64,000 nt of DNA from Eledone cirrhosa (Eukaryota). The stretch is taken from contig OZ024743.1 in the NCBI GenBank assembly GCA_964016885.1, positions 192,758,001 through 192,822,000 of the forward strand, given 5' to 3'. The stretch's first letter is position 1. Each line of letters starts with the position of its first letter. Shown piece after piece: positions 41,701-54,503 of this stretch. The position numbers and the translations under genes are program-made. The notes under the pieces were generated by a model, which worked only from the letters and a program-made list of their open reading frames with translations, ran no database searches and was not told the DNA's origin.

Positions 41701-43311
41701 TTGGGTCAACTCGAGGCTAGTGTAAAGACACTTGCCCCAAAACAACACACAATGAAATCGAATTCGGCGCCTCATTATCGTGAAGCGAAATTCTTAACCA
41801 GTCAGCTATGATCTCGTACATTGTTGACAAAGAAACGAAGAGAACTCTTGACAAGGGGTCAACTTTGTCTTTCATCCATTCGAGGACGTTATAAAAAAAA
41901 GTACCAGTCTAGTACTCAGGTCAATTCTTCCTCTACATTTTTTTCTCACTTCCTTTCTCTCACTCTCTATCCTTCTCTGGAAGAAATGTGCTGCCTTCAA
42001 ACCTGGAAAGGAGATGGGTTCCTCCAGGTTTTAAAAATGCCCTAGAAACGCCATATGTCACCTACGACTTCCATGGGAGTTACAGGTCCATTCTATATTT
42101 TCCAAAATACCTTGAAGACACTTGCTCAATTTGCCACGCAATGGTTACAGTTTTCTCCCTTCCGCAGTCTATTTGGGGTCTCGGGATACACAATCTTTGT
42201 GCATCCATCCTACGCCTCTCAGGACAGGTTACAGGCAGATCGCTAGTATTTACAGCATGAGATGGAGACTGCAGTATATTTTTCGAACAGGCCCCTCTAC
42301 TTAAGGCTTGAACGCGTCCCTTCTTAATCCGCGCAAAGGACGAAGCGGTATGACTTTCTTTGTTGTGTCTCCTTATATTGCAGTATTTTGGTGGTCTCTT
42401 TCGCATCTGTCCCCAATCTGCTACTTTACTCAGACCCGCGAAAACTAGGCTTCATCACTGGCTGGTGAGAGTTCTCTTGTGAGAGCTAAAAGGTGTCACC
42501 CATTGCGCCATCTCCACTAGTAGCTTGCCGCTGTTGGTCCGGGGTCGTTTATTCGTCAGACAGGTGTCCACTTATATCGCAAATAGCCATCATATCTAGT
42601 GGTCATATTGCTATCCTCCACCTGCGACTTGTTCTCTAGCAGAACAGCTCTGTCGGGTGACCAGTACATTACTGGTGCTTTATTTTATCTACCGCGTAGG
42701 GATGAAAGGCCAATTTAACCTTGGTGAGATATGAACTCAGAACGTAAAGGCTCGTACGTTCTGAATTCAAATCCCGCCGAAACCACTGAGAACAATTTTG
42801 GAGGAGGAGAAAGTCGATTAAATCGACCTCAGTGCAATTACTAGTATTGTATTTTATCGACCACGGACGGATGACTGCAAAGTTGACCTCGGTGGAAATT
42901 GAACTCAGAAAGTAAATGGCCGTCACTAAATACCTCTAAACATTTTGTCTAACAGTTCTGCCAATCCTCCACCCTTCAAAACATTTTCAAAATTATTTCT
43001 ATTTTAATCATGTCATAAGGCCCCTTTGAGGTCACGTGCTGAATAGTGCAGTTTTAATGTGACCTCATCTCTCTATGTATTCTCCAATTCTAATTCCTTT
43101 ATCCTCTCCTATCCCTTCACCTTTTATCAACATATTTATCTAGTTCGTCTTTAAATATAGAAACACACAGATACACACACATACAAATATGAGTGTGTGT
43201 ATACATACGAAAAAATAAAGGAGCATATAATTACGACGCTTATAATACATCACACATACACGTACGTATAGTCACGCACGCACATTTATATATATATATT
43301 ATCTCTCTCTC

Positions 43312-43351
<40 letters not shown>

Positions 43352-43400
43352 GTATGGGGTTAAAAGAACAGGGATGTGCGGATCACATTACGGTCTGTAT

Positions 43401-43436
<36 letters not shown>

Positions 43437-43501
43437 TTAAAGGTTAAACAAGGTTCAATGAATAAATCAAAGAATTAGTCAGGGTATGTCATGCATCATC
43501 T

Positions 43502-43568
43502 TATTTTATCTGATGAGGGCGTACTGTTGAAGTTAGCTCAGTGCCTCTGAAATATGTATAATAAAATA
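43502..43568 (+). ncRNA. Minimal type I hammerhead ribozyme in a (TA)n-embedded PLE 3' remnant (~43437-43612)
   Basis: 8-bp stem I TATTTTAT/ATAAAATA; CTGATGA 43510-43516; stem II GGGCGTACTG...CAGTGCCTCT; GAAA 43549-43552; TATGTA-TA. Confidence 0.8.
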
Positions 43569-43607
43569 TACTTGATCACAAGAAGTTCTATTTTTGTTAA
43601 TATTTTG

Positions 43608-43687
<80 letters not shown>

Positions 43688-43694
<7 letters not shown>

Positions 43695-43871
43695 AGAGAG
43701 AGGGCAAGAGAGAGAGAGAGGGCAAGAGAGAGATTTATGTGCATGTATACAAATATATATATAATGCGCATGTGTGCATATACATGCATATATGTATGTA
43801 TGTATACATACATACATATATGCATGTATATGCACACATGCGCATGATATATATATTTGTATACAGGCACA

Positions 43872-43912
<41 letters not shown>
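43688..43912. repeat. ~225-bp palindrome built of low-complexity sequence
   Basis: Axis at 43804/43805 (TGTA|TACA); arms match out to the (GA)n/(TC)n tracts with few mismatches. Confidence 0.85.
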
Positions 43913-43938
<26 letters not shown>

Positions 43939-43974
43939 TGTATGTATGTATGTATGTATGTATGCATGTATGTA

Positions 43975-44553
43975 CGGTAACATGTATCCCAGTACAACCT
44001 GTCTCATGGTTGGCGACTAAACTGGCAACCCCACCGAGGTTTCTTGGTGAGCAGGGTGACTTTGGACATCCTGCAGGACTAAAAACAAAACCTGTCAAAG
44101 GGCAAAGGAGCTCTTAAGAGTCAATGGCCATCCAAAATCACCGGGAGAGATGACCCCTTAGCCTTTGTCAAGGCAGAATTCTAGGAGAAGGAAAACTCTG
44201 ATATAACACCTGCAACCCTGATGGTATCCAATGATGTTGACTTGTTCTTCTTTTTGGTAAATATCATCTTGATTAAGATAGTGGGACTGGCTTTGTGCAG
44301 TGCCTCTGCTCACTGTAAAAGCTTCACAGCACAGGCATTGCTTTATATCGGGAGTTCTTTCTGCACTTGTCGTCACATGGTACCATGGGCCCAGCACTAT
44401 GTGTCAATAATTGTCGCAAGTGTAGTGTTTGTACCAGAGTTTTCAAGTCGCTGGCTGGACTAAAAAGTCACACTCGTTCAGCGCATCGGTAGAGGTTCTC
44501 CTACATGGATATAAAGTAGTGGTCGTATTCAAAAACGAGTTGGCAGCCACCAT
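43975..44553 (+). mobile_element. Fourth, inverted copy of the internally deleted RTE-like element
   Basis: Reverse complement of the 35-37 kb units; (TATG)n on both sides. Confidence 0.85.
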
Positions 44554-44964
44554 GTATGTATGTATGTACGTACGCATGTGCGTGTGTGGCGTATTTTCCC
44601 CGAAACTCTTGCCTGAAATCCTCATTTCTTATCAGCTGGGGTATTTTTTCCTTATCTTCCAAACTTCATTACTACAGGCTCTTTTTTTTTCTTTCTTTTT
44701 TTCTTCTTCTTCTTATTTCTTCCCCCCAATTCTGACGGTTTATCATCATGTCTTCCACCATCACTCAGTAAAAGAACCAAACTGTCATAGCAACAACCCA
44801 GCCGACCGACCGACCAACCGGTCAACCAGCCAAGCAGCCAACTTTCCAGTCACGAAATTATACTAACACAACTTCCACATCAAACTTATTCAACATATCT
44901 TTATTTGACGAGCTCCACCCAACTCGTTAAGCGAATGAGGTCTCAGATCTTGTCGATCGATTCA

Positions 44965-44999
<35 letters not shown>

Positions 45000-45003
<4 letters not shown>

Positions 45004-45203
45004 GAAAAGAGTCAGGACCCCGACGGCTGAGCTCCGGACGTTTCGGCAGCTATATCCGAACCGGTTCGGATCTAGCTGTCGAAACAGCCGGAACTCAGGG
45101 GTCGGAGTCCTGACTCTTTTCCTATTACCCACTCTACTACCCTAAGTATCGAGTACTCTGGTGCGTTGTGGTCCACCTGGTATCTACCACACCTTCTTTG
45201 TTA
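45000..45203 (+). mobile_element. Mini fold-back PLE insertion, same diverged subfamily
   Basis: Imperfect arms 45000-45125 centred on CCGAACCGGTTCGG; tail on the right; TA flanks. Confidence 0.85.
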
Positions 45204-45462
45204 TATGTATATATATATATACACACAGTTCAAGAGTAACCAATCTTAAAGAGAGAGATGGGGATAGGAGAGGAGATAGGAGAGAAGAGAGATTGGTGAA
45301 TTAGTTAGAAGCCAAAGCGTAAAGGCATGTGCTCAATGTGCAGTATGTGCAATATTATTATTATTATTATTCTCTACATTCCTTACATCAAACTAAAATA
45401 TGTTGACAATCTTTTAATAATGTCTTCCTTGTGAAATTTGTGGTCTTGTTTTGCTTAACTAA

Positions 45463-45531
<69 letters not shown>

Positions 45532-45535
45532 GTAG

Positions 45536-45692
45536 GTCCCGGGTTGAGTCGGGGATAACCACAGTAAGTAAGGTACTCAATACATGGCAGAGTAAAATTT
45601 TTTTATTTTATAGAAGGAACTTCTACAGGACTAGTACTGTTTCATCTGAATGAAACAGTACTAGTCCTGTAGAAGTTCCTTCTATAAAATAA

Positions 45693-45693
<1 letters not shown>
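45536..45693 (-). mobile_element. Fold-back PLE remnant, family B
   Basis: Perfect 44-bp arms 45602-45645 and 45650-45693, loop CTGA; retains the hammerhead 3' half GAAACAG...CTGTA; TA flanks. Confidence 0.78.
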
Positions 45694-45761
<68 letters not shown>

Positions 45762-46704
45762 GAGGGTACTACGGCACTAGCCGATGTTCATCGGAGTGGT
45801 GTGATGGATAGCTAACCAGAACTCTCCGTTCCAGTAAGGCTAATTTCAGCTGAAGCCGCGATTCTAGCTACTTACGTAATGTTTACTCACATTACCTAAT
45901 TTCTGCGCACGGTAGTTCCATTCAGACTGTCGCTAGCAGGTTCCTCAGAAACTAATGCATTGGTCTGGGGCCGGAAAATCTAATTTTCCACCCACACGAA
46001 ATCGTTTTTCTCACTAATTAACATATAAGTGTGCGCTCTAATTTTGCTTGGGTTTGTGTATAAATAATACAAACTTAATTACATTATTGAGTGAGTGAGA
46101 AAACAACCAAAGCTGTGTTGGTCCTATTCGATAGCTTCATTATTAAAAATTATTGGTGTTGTTGTTGTTGTGAATGATAATTGTTTCTACTTTTGGTACA
46201 AGGCCAGCAATTACCCCAGTGCATTACTTGTGCTTTATTTTATTGACCCCCGTAAGGATGAAAGGAAAAGTTAACCTCGGCGGGATTTGAACTCAGAACG
46301 TAAAGGGCCATAACTTTATGCTGCAAAGCATGGTGTCTGATGCTCTACTGATACTACCAATCCACCATTATTGTGAATAATTTGGCAGTGTCGGTAGAGA
46401 GTCTGACGCCATGCTTTGCAGCAAAGAGTTACGGCCCTTTATGGTCTGAGTTCAAATCCCGCCGAGGTTCACTTTGCCTTTCATCCTTACGGGGTCGATA
46501 AAATAAAGTACCAGTAATACACTGAGTAATTGCCGGCTTTGTGCCGAAAATAGAAACAATTATTGTGAATAATAATAATAATATTAATATTCGATTCGTT
46601 TGCAAGCAAACAGCCTCATATGACCATGTGTGTTTTAGTCTACTAACGTCATCCTTTTGTTCCAGATGTAGCAAAGATAAAAACAATCTACAATTGTTGT
46701 ATGT

Positions 46705-47302
46705 ATGAAATCGGTTCGGAAAGCTCAAAGTCTATCCTCTCTAACACCACTGTGATCAGTACGTCATGTGTATAATGTAAAAAATATTCTATCAATATTG
46801 CGTGGCTGAGTGGTTAGACAATTCACAATCGTGAGGTTGCGAGTTGGATTCTCGGATCGGGCGATGCGTTATGTCTTTGAGCAAAACACTTTATTTCTGC
46901 GACCGGTAGATAGTATTAGCATTTGGAAATACCAATGGAAACATTGTTTCCTCGGTCAGATTTGACGAGCTCAGAAATAACAAAACAAACGGCACAGTAC
47001 ATGGAAGAAATATATTAGTTTAATGTTTGAAATAGCAAGAAGAGAATCTTAACCTTTCAGAAGATAGAGTTAGAAATAGAGGATAAATAGAAAGTAAAGA
47101 GTGGTGAGAGGAAGGAACGGGGAAAACGAGGAAAAGAAATGTGGAGAAAAAAAGCACATGTGCTTATTCAGTCAGCTATATTATATATATATATATATAT
47201 ATATAAAAGGTAAACAGAAATAACAACACAATTGGTACAATATACGGAAGGAATAGATTAGGTTAACGCTTGAAATAGCAGGAATATAAGTAAGTGACAT
47301 AG

Positions 47303-47334
<32 letters not shown>

Positions 47335-47784
47335 CTCAGAGTAACGTTAGATATTTGTTTCGGTTCTCAGAGTTGTGAGTTCAAACCCCATCGAGGTTTA
47401 TTTTGTCTTTCGTCCTTTCGGGATCGATAAAGAAATTACTAGCTCAGTGCTGGTGTAGCCCTCTCTCATTCCAGCTGTTACACCCTGGATGTTTCGCTGG
47501 ATCAAGAGAGAACGGAGATCTAGAGGTAGTCTGTGTCTTGACGCCTAAAGTCCTTAAGGACAACATGGTACATATTAACCAAGTCATACTCGATTACAAG
47601 TGACGGCTGTAGTTGGCTAGTTACTCAACATATATCCCGTGTTTTTTCAAACTAGTTTCTGTCATTGCTCAAACAGGAAGGATAGACTATCTTAAGACAA
47701 CAGTCTCTTTTACAAGCAAGCATTTCCGTATAACATTTTACTTAGTTATTCATCCGTGAAACATGAGAGAGTGGGAGAGAGAGG

Positions 47785-47841
<57 letters not shown>

Positions 47842-48976
47842 AAGCTACATCATGACGTTAATGAAATCTATTTACACCAGAGGAGATAGACGATAAATGA
47901 AGGCAACATTACGGCCATGTGATGTGATGTGATGTGATGTGATGTGATCAGGGTCGATGTTACCATTACGGCCAACTAGGTAGCCGTCTGGGGCGCATTA
48001 TTGAACCTTGCCATTCTGAGTTCAAATCCCGCCGAGGTTAACTTTGCCTTTCATCCTTACGGGGTCGATAAAATAAAGTACCAGTAATACACTGGGTAAT
48101 TGCTGGCCTTGTGCCAAAAGTAGAAACAATTATTGAACCTTGGTGGATCTCAGCTTTATATAAATTTGTATAATTGAATATAATTGTATAATTAAATTTA
48201 TAATAATTTCCTGCGATCAATAAATATATCGCTAAACATCTTTGCCACGTAGCAGCGTCGTAGGATGTTATCACCTGTCAAATGATTCGGCGCGGTGAGT
48301 TCGAACTGTGTAGTGGAAAAAAAGGACACACACAAATATACATATATGTACTTTGATAAGTACCAGCCAGTATTGGCCCAGGGCGTATGTAATTTAACAC
48401 TACCACCTGGCAATATCCTTTACGTATTATTCCATAATTAAAACCACGCTTAGACATCACAATCCACTCGAGTGAATGGATGAATGATAGTCGATCAACA
48501 AGTTTCCAGCCCTCATTCGCTTGCCGTTTGGGGTGGAGCTCGTCAAATCGGACCGAGGAAACAATGTTTCCATTTGTCTTTTCAATCGCTAATACTATCT
48601 ACCGGTCGCAAATCCTGGAAGAAGGAACAACGTGAAATAAAGTGTCTTGCTCAAGTACATGACGCATCGCCAGGTTCGGAAATCGAACTCGCAACTTCAC
48701 GATTGTAAATACAATTCTCTAACCACTAACCATTCGAGTAAGGAGTTGTTATTGGCTGAAATCCGGGTAGAAGGAGAACCGTGAAATAAAGTGTTTTGCT
48801 CAAAGACATAACGCATCGCCCGATCCAGGAATCCAACTCGCAACCTCACGATTGTGAATTCTCTAACCACTCAGCCACGCAATGTTGATGGAAGATTTTT
48901 TTACATTATACACATGGCGTAGTGGTCACAGTGGTGTTAGAGAGGATAGACTTTGAGCTTTCCGAGCCCATTTCAT
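46705..48976. repeat. Inverted duplication: 46705-46972 versus 48536-48976
   Basis: Includes ~95 bp of non-SINE sequence (GGAAAGCTCAAAGTCTATCCTCTCTAACACCACTGTGA) plus SINE parts; the right arm has an extra internal block. Confidence 0.8.
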
Positions 48977-49763
48977 GATTCTTACTGATCATACTTGTGT
49001 GACACTCTCCTGTCGATCTCACCATGCATGCAACCAAAGTAGTATATCACACACACAACACACATAAAGGAAAACATTAGAAGACAACACATCTATGCTG
49101 TATAGAATTCTCTCCATAAAAATAGACATTTAATGAGAGAAGCAATGCTTTATAACACAATTCTGAGATAAATACAGACACCACACACTTATTAATCACA
49201 AAAAATAATCGTTTCTGATTTAGGCACAAAGCCAACAATTTGTGGGGAGGGGAAAGTCGATTAAATCGACCCCAGTTCATTATTTGTACATTTTATTATC
49301 GACCCCTTAAGGATGAAAGGCAAAGCTAACCTCGGTGGGATTTGAACTATATACCGCAAATCATGTTGTCCGACGCTCTACCAATACTACTAATCCACCG
49401 CCCTTGATCACAAAACATTCATAATAAATAAACACCTGACTGATGACATAAAAACAACGGTAAACAATTCAAACTACGGTAGTAACATCAACACTAGTCA
49501 CACTGGCTTTACCTACCTACTTTAAGGAAGCAGTAACACACAAATAATTGTTTCTATTTTTGGCATAAGGCCATCAATTTGAAGGGAAGGGGAAGGTCAA
49601 TTGAATCGACCTCAGTGCGTTACTGGTACTATATAATCATTGACCCCGTAAGGGTGAAAGGCAAATCTGACCTTGGCGGGATTAGTTTTGCTTTTCATCC
49701 TTACGGGATAAAATTTATAAGGATAACAATATCTTCATTTACGCGTGCCGCCTATTGGTTAGA

Positions 49764-49929
49764 ACAGGGTTTCCCAAACTTTTTCAAACGCGGAACCCTT
49801 TTTGGTTCAGAAACTTTCGGGGGAACCGCAAGTTTAATACTGTTATATGGTTGTAATATGAATATACTCTTCTACCTTTTTTCACGGAACTCCAGACAGT
49901 CCTTTGCGGAACCCGCTTTGGGAACCACC
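49764..49929. mobile_element. hAT-like MITE; partial copy at ~3235-3370
   Basis: CAGGGTTTCCCAAA ... TTTGGGAACCAC termini and shared interior. Confidence 0.6.
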
Positions 49930-50849
49930 AAGCTAGAGAGTTCAGGCTCACGATCATGAGCTGTGGGTTAAATTTCCAGACCAGGCGACACAGGACGGTC
50001 TATTTCACGTTGCTCACGTTCACATAGCTGAAATTAAGTGAGTACTACCAACAGTAAGTAGCAGCTGGGGTTAACTCTGCATCCAATAAATGAGCCTTGT
50101 ACTCTCGGTGGTTCAATGCCAAGGAAACTGGGATGAGCTCTGGTTTAAAAAGCGTCTGAGCTTGAGACAGATTTTAACTTTTCAAATTCTAAAATGTAAT
50201 ATTTTTTTATCTTGCATAAAGCTCATTTGCCATTTAATTTGCTGCTATATTCTTCATAAAGTATTTTCTCTTATCCCAAGAAATCTCATTTCGGCGTTCA
50301 TTTTATCATTTTCGTTATAGTAAGTTGAATTTAATTTTTTTTTTTAATCAATTTCTGTAATTTGACTTTTATATGTAAAATCACAAGGCGGCAAATTAAC
50401 ATAGGCGTCAGCGTGTCGGATTAAATGTTATACAAGGAAATGGAAAACAACCGATCGTCAAACGGGACCAAGGAAATAATTGTTTCTACTTTTGGCACAA
50501 GGTCATTACTGGTACTTTATTTTAGTGCATTACTGGTACTTTATTTTATCGACTCCGTAAGGATGAAAGGTAAAGTTAACCTCGGCGGGATTTGAACTCA
50601 GAATGGCAAGGGCCGTAACTATATGAGTCAAAGCATGGCGTCCGACCCTCTACCGATACTGCCAATTCACTGATACTATCTACTTATCGCAACTCCTGAC
50701 AGAAGGAGCAGTGTAAAGGTATTTTGCTCAAAAACACAACGCGCCGCCTGGTCTAATATGACCGTGAGTCCAACACCCTGAACCCTAGACCACATATCTA
50801 TACACTAACATGAATACATAGAATATAGAATCAAACGTAGGTTCTGTGA

Positions 50850-50880
<31 letters not shown>

Positions 50881-50892
50881 GGAACCAGTAAG

Positions 50893-50986
50893 ACCCCGAC
50901 AGCTGAGCTCAAGCCGTTTCGACGGCTAATTCTGGACTAAATGAAAATTTATCCTGGTATTTAAATAGCCGATCTTCTCAAGGGGT
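50893..50986 (-). ncRNA. Inverted copy of the U3-A8 hammerhead in the 5' inverted pseudo-LTR
   Basis: Reverse complement of 53696-53790. Confidence 0.72.
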
Positions 50987-51242
50987 AATTCCATATATGG
51001 TCAAAGTGATTGTCAAAAATCAGTAGTAATTCTGTGGTTGCAAATTAGTAGGGGAGATGGTGGCTAAACCTGCCAGTAGGAGAAAGAGGGGAGGGGGTGG
51101 AGTAGACCCAATCAAGCGTTGGTAGTGCCAGCTACAGCTGGGCATGAGGTCAAAGAAGATACAGGGGAGGGGGAGGGGGAGGAAGTCGGAACGGTAGGTA
51201 GAACAATGGGGGGTAGAAATATATAGGAAAGAAAAATCCGCC

Positions 51243-52586
51243 TTGGACTTCGCCGAAACACTTGTGCCCATCACCGACCAGGAAAGAAAAATCATCCTCC
51301 ACGCCAGGAAGACAGTCTTACTCTTTGACGACTCTAAATGGATAAAAAGAGCTCCCGACTCACCCTTCGACGTCAGCATGGGCGCCACGGATTCGGCGGA
51401 GGTCACAGATCTTATAGGATTATTCCTAATAGCCAAACTCACTGATATGTTTCCTGCATTCGGTGGTGGATTGTACCGTGATGATGGGCTCCTTACCCTT
51501 AAAGGGTACAATCCCAGTAGTACAGATCGGGTCCGGAAACAATTAATCAGATTCTTCCGCGACTGGGGATTTAAAATAACCCTACAAACGTCCCTGACCC
51601 GAGTAAACTTCCTGGACGTGACCCTCAACCTCGAAAACGACCTGTACTACCCATACAGGAAACCTAATGACAATCTACACTACATCCACCGCCGATCAAA
51701 CCATCCTAGGAACATCACAAACAACCTGGTCAAAAACATCTCCCTCCGCATATCCCGTTTGTCAGCTAATGAGCGGATATTCGATGAACATGCGCCTTAT
51801 TACAACCAGGCCCTCAAGCGGAGTGGTTTCCGGGAGGAAATATCCTACTGTCCAGCTCCCATTAGCGGAACCAGCAGGAGATACCGCCGCTCACGCAATG
51901 TAACATGGTTCAATCCTCCCCACAACGCAGAGGTGACAACTCCCATCGGGAAACTATTCTTTAGGCTCATTGAAAAACACTTCCCATTACAACACCGCTA
52001 CCACAACATAATTAACAAAAATACCATCAAACTCTCTTACAGCACTACACCAAACTTCGCACAAAACATCGTCTCCTCTAACAACAAAAAACTCAACCCC
52101 GATGGCAGAAATAACCTAAATAGCAGTGGAGAACCGACCAGGAGGTGTAACTGCCCGGATAGATCTATTTGCCCACTCGACAATAGATGCAGAGACCGTA
52201 ATGTGATCTACCAGTGCAACGTGAGGACGGATACCTCCAACAAAGCCTATATAGGACTTACCGCATGTGACTTCAAGACCCGGCTATACCAACATAGACA
52301 TACCTTCCGAAACCCGGCCCGGCGTCACGCCACTACACTTTCGGGCCACATATGGGACCTCAACATCACCTATGATCTCACTTGGAGATTACTGTCCAGA
52401 GCCAATTCTTACACGGGAGGACGCCGTCCGTGCAATTTATGCTCGGAGGAAACTTTACAAATGCTGTTTTCGACGGACCAACTCCTAAACAAGAAAGATG
52501 AACTGGTCACTGCATGTAAACATAGATTGCGTAGGACTTACCTCGCCCTCAAACCCCATAATGACCCGGGGGGGGGGGTAGACTAG
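51243..52586 (+). CDS. PLE reverse transcriptase (C-terminal part) plus GIY-YIG endonuclease; N-terminus lost
   Basis: Motifs FDVSMGATDSAEV (RT motif B), GLYRDDG (catalytic), FLDV, linker CNCPDRSICPLDNRC, VIYQC...AYIGLT, R...H, HIW and CNLC. Uninterrupted 447 codons. The TTG start is a truncation artefact. Confidence 0.92.
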   Translation: MDFAETLVPITDQERKIILHARKTVLLFDDSKWIKRAPDSPFDVSMGATDSAEVTDLIGLFLIAKLTDMFPAFGGGLYRDDGLLTLKGYNPSSTDRVRKQLIRFFRDWGFKITLQTSLTRVNFLDVTLNLENDLYYPYRKPNDNLHYIHRRSNHPRNITNNLVKNISLRISRLSANERIFDEHAPYYNQALKRSGFREEISYCPAPISGTSRRYRRSRNVTWFNPPHNAEVTTPIGKLFFRLIEKHFPLQHRYHNIINKNTIKLSYSTTPNFAQNIVSSNNKKLNPDGRNNLNSSGEPTRRCNCPDRSICPLDNRCRDRNVIYQCNVRTDTSNKAYIGLTACDFKTRLYQHRHTFRNPARRHATTLSGHIWDLNITYDLTWRLLSRANSYTGGRRPCNLCSEETLQMLFSTDQLLNKKDELVTACKHRLRRTYLALKPHNDPGGGVD

Positions 52587-53695
52587 GGCTATAACACCCC
52601 ACTTGCCGATTTTGCAATGGGTAACCCCTGCTTGCCAAGGAAGACGTAAGATCTTCTTTGTATTCTTTTATCGCTTCCTTTATTTCCTTCCCCCCTCTCT
52701 CTTTAGTCCTTCTACCCCAGCTCTTCTCCTTTGTCGGCGTCTTTTCTCGCCCACCCGAGGCTGCCCTTTGGCCCCATGTAGCCTTAGTACCCCCACCACC
52801 CCCTCCCCTAGTCTATGATAGATTTGGCGGACTCCGCCCTTTATAGCAGTTGGCTTAGACCCCGGATACTTGCCCCCTTTTTTCCGACCGCTCCCACTAT
52901 TCTCTGTGCCCTCTATATTTCTTAGTGGCACTTATGCCTTATTTTTTCGTTTCAGTATTTCTTGCTTCGCTTTTCTTCTGGGCGGGGTGGATTCTGAATT
53001 TATTTCTCCGTATTCTACCTTTATTTCGTACGAACTTTCATGTAGCTTGTTTTAGATCTTTTAGAGTTAGCATTAGTATATATTTTTCTCGGGACTCAGA
53101 ATTATTATCTCGTACAAGTTCACTTTGCTGCACTGGGTCGTTGCTGGCCCGGGATGGAAACCTTTATTGTTTATTTCGTGGTAGTCTCTTTAGTATTTTG
53201 GCCCCTTTTGTTGACCCGTCACCGTATCATTTACGTACTTATACCTCTTAAAAGGGTCCTTGCCTTATCCGTCCCACCTAGTTCTTTTACTTATTTCGTT
53301 ATTTCTTTATTTATTTATTTCTTTACTTCTTTCTTTCTTTCTTTATTTTATTCTAGCCTAACAATAGCCTGAGACCTAGGTCGTAGAATTTAATTTACTT
53401 TACTTTTTTCTTTACACTTATTTGCTTTTCTTCACTCTCAGTATTTTTTCTTTCCTATATATTTCTACCCCCCATTGTTCTACCTACCGTTCCGACTTCC
53501 TCCCCCTCCCCCTCCCCCTCCCCTGTATCTTCTTTGACCTCATGCCCAGCTGTAGCTGGCACTACCAACGCTTGATTGGGTCTACTCCCCCCCCTCTTTC
53601 TCCTACTGGCAGGTTTAGCCACCATCTCCCCTACTAATTTGCAACCACAGAATTACTACTGATTTTTGACAATCACTTTGACCATATATGGAATT

Positions 53696-53790
53696 ACCCC
53701 TTGAGAAGATCGGCTATTTAAATACCAGGATAAATTTTCATTTAGTCCAGAATTAGCCGTCGAAACGGCTTGAGCTCAGCTGTCGGGGGT
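53696..53790 (+). ncRNA. Type I hammerhead ribozyme, U3-A8 core variant, in PLE pseudo-LTR
   Basis: Stem I ACCCC/GGGG(G)T; core TTGAGAA 53701-53707; stem II GA(T)CGGCTA...TAGCCGTC; GAAA 53762-53765; stem III CGGCT/AGCTG; GTC triplet, predicted cut after 53784. Confidence 0.75.
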
Positions 53791-53950
53791 CTTACTGGTT
53801 CCTATTACCCACTCTACTACCTCAAGTATTGAGTACTTTGGTGCGTTATGGTCCACCTGGTTCCTTACCACATTTCCTTCGTTATATATATATATATATA
53901 TATATATATTGAGTTCCTAACTCAATTTATACATTTAATATATATATATA

Positions 53951-53982
<32 letters not shown>

Positions 53983-54455
53983 TATAATAATAATGGTTTC
54001 ATATATAGGCACAAGGCCAGCAATTTGGGGGAAGAGGAAGTCGATTAAATCGACCCAAGTGCATTACTGGTACTTTATTTAATCGATCCCGTAAGGATGA
54101 AAGGCAAAGTTAACCTCGGCGGGATTTGAACTCAGAACGTAATGGGCCATAACTCTATGCTGCAAAGCATGGTGTCTGACGTTCTACCTATACTGCCAAA
54201 CCATTACTTTAGTCCATCCCAATTTATTTTATTATACGTATTTCAAAGATGCAAGGCTTATGTATAACATAAGCCAAAACATGTTCTCTTCAGATAAAAT
54301 CCAAACATATACATATATACACACACATTTCAACTTCAATCAATGGATGCTAGCCTTCGATCTTCACCCAGTAATGATCTCACATACGCACACTATCATG
54401 CACACAATAATATTATGCTGTTTTAGTCGAGATCATATACTGTAACATTAGTCTG

Positions 54456-54503
<48 letters not shown>

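Larger units (their letters stand above)
50878..53883 (+). mobile_element. Penelope-like retroelement (C-terminal EN+), 5'-truncated, with inverted 5' pseudo-LTR, inserted in (TA)n
   Basis: RT/GIY-YIG ORF at 51243-52586. Segment 50878-51236 is the reverse complement of 53445-53805. A 3' tail (53806-53883) is present only at the right end. (TA)n on both sides. Confidence 0.95.

Noticed and set aside
42060-42660. 108-aa ORF in a GC-balanced segment
   Set aside because: No recognisable motif or splice signals; probably a decayed transposon fragment.
51020-51628. 202-aa minus-strand ORF and the small ORFs at 52603-53637
   Set aside because: Antisense of the RT and pseudo-LTR, or low-complexity 3' UTR; no motifs.
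51243-52586. Selenocysteine-encoding (Naiad-type) PLE
   Set aside because: No in-frame TGA, the ORF ends in TAG, and the endonuclease is C-terminal.
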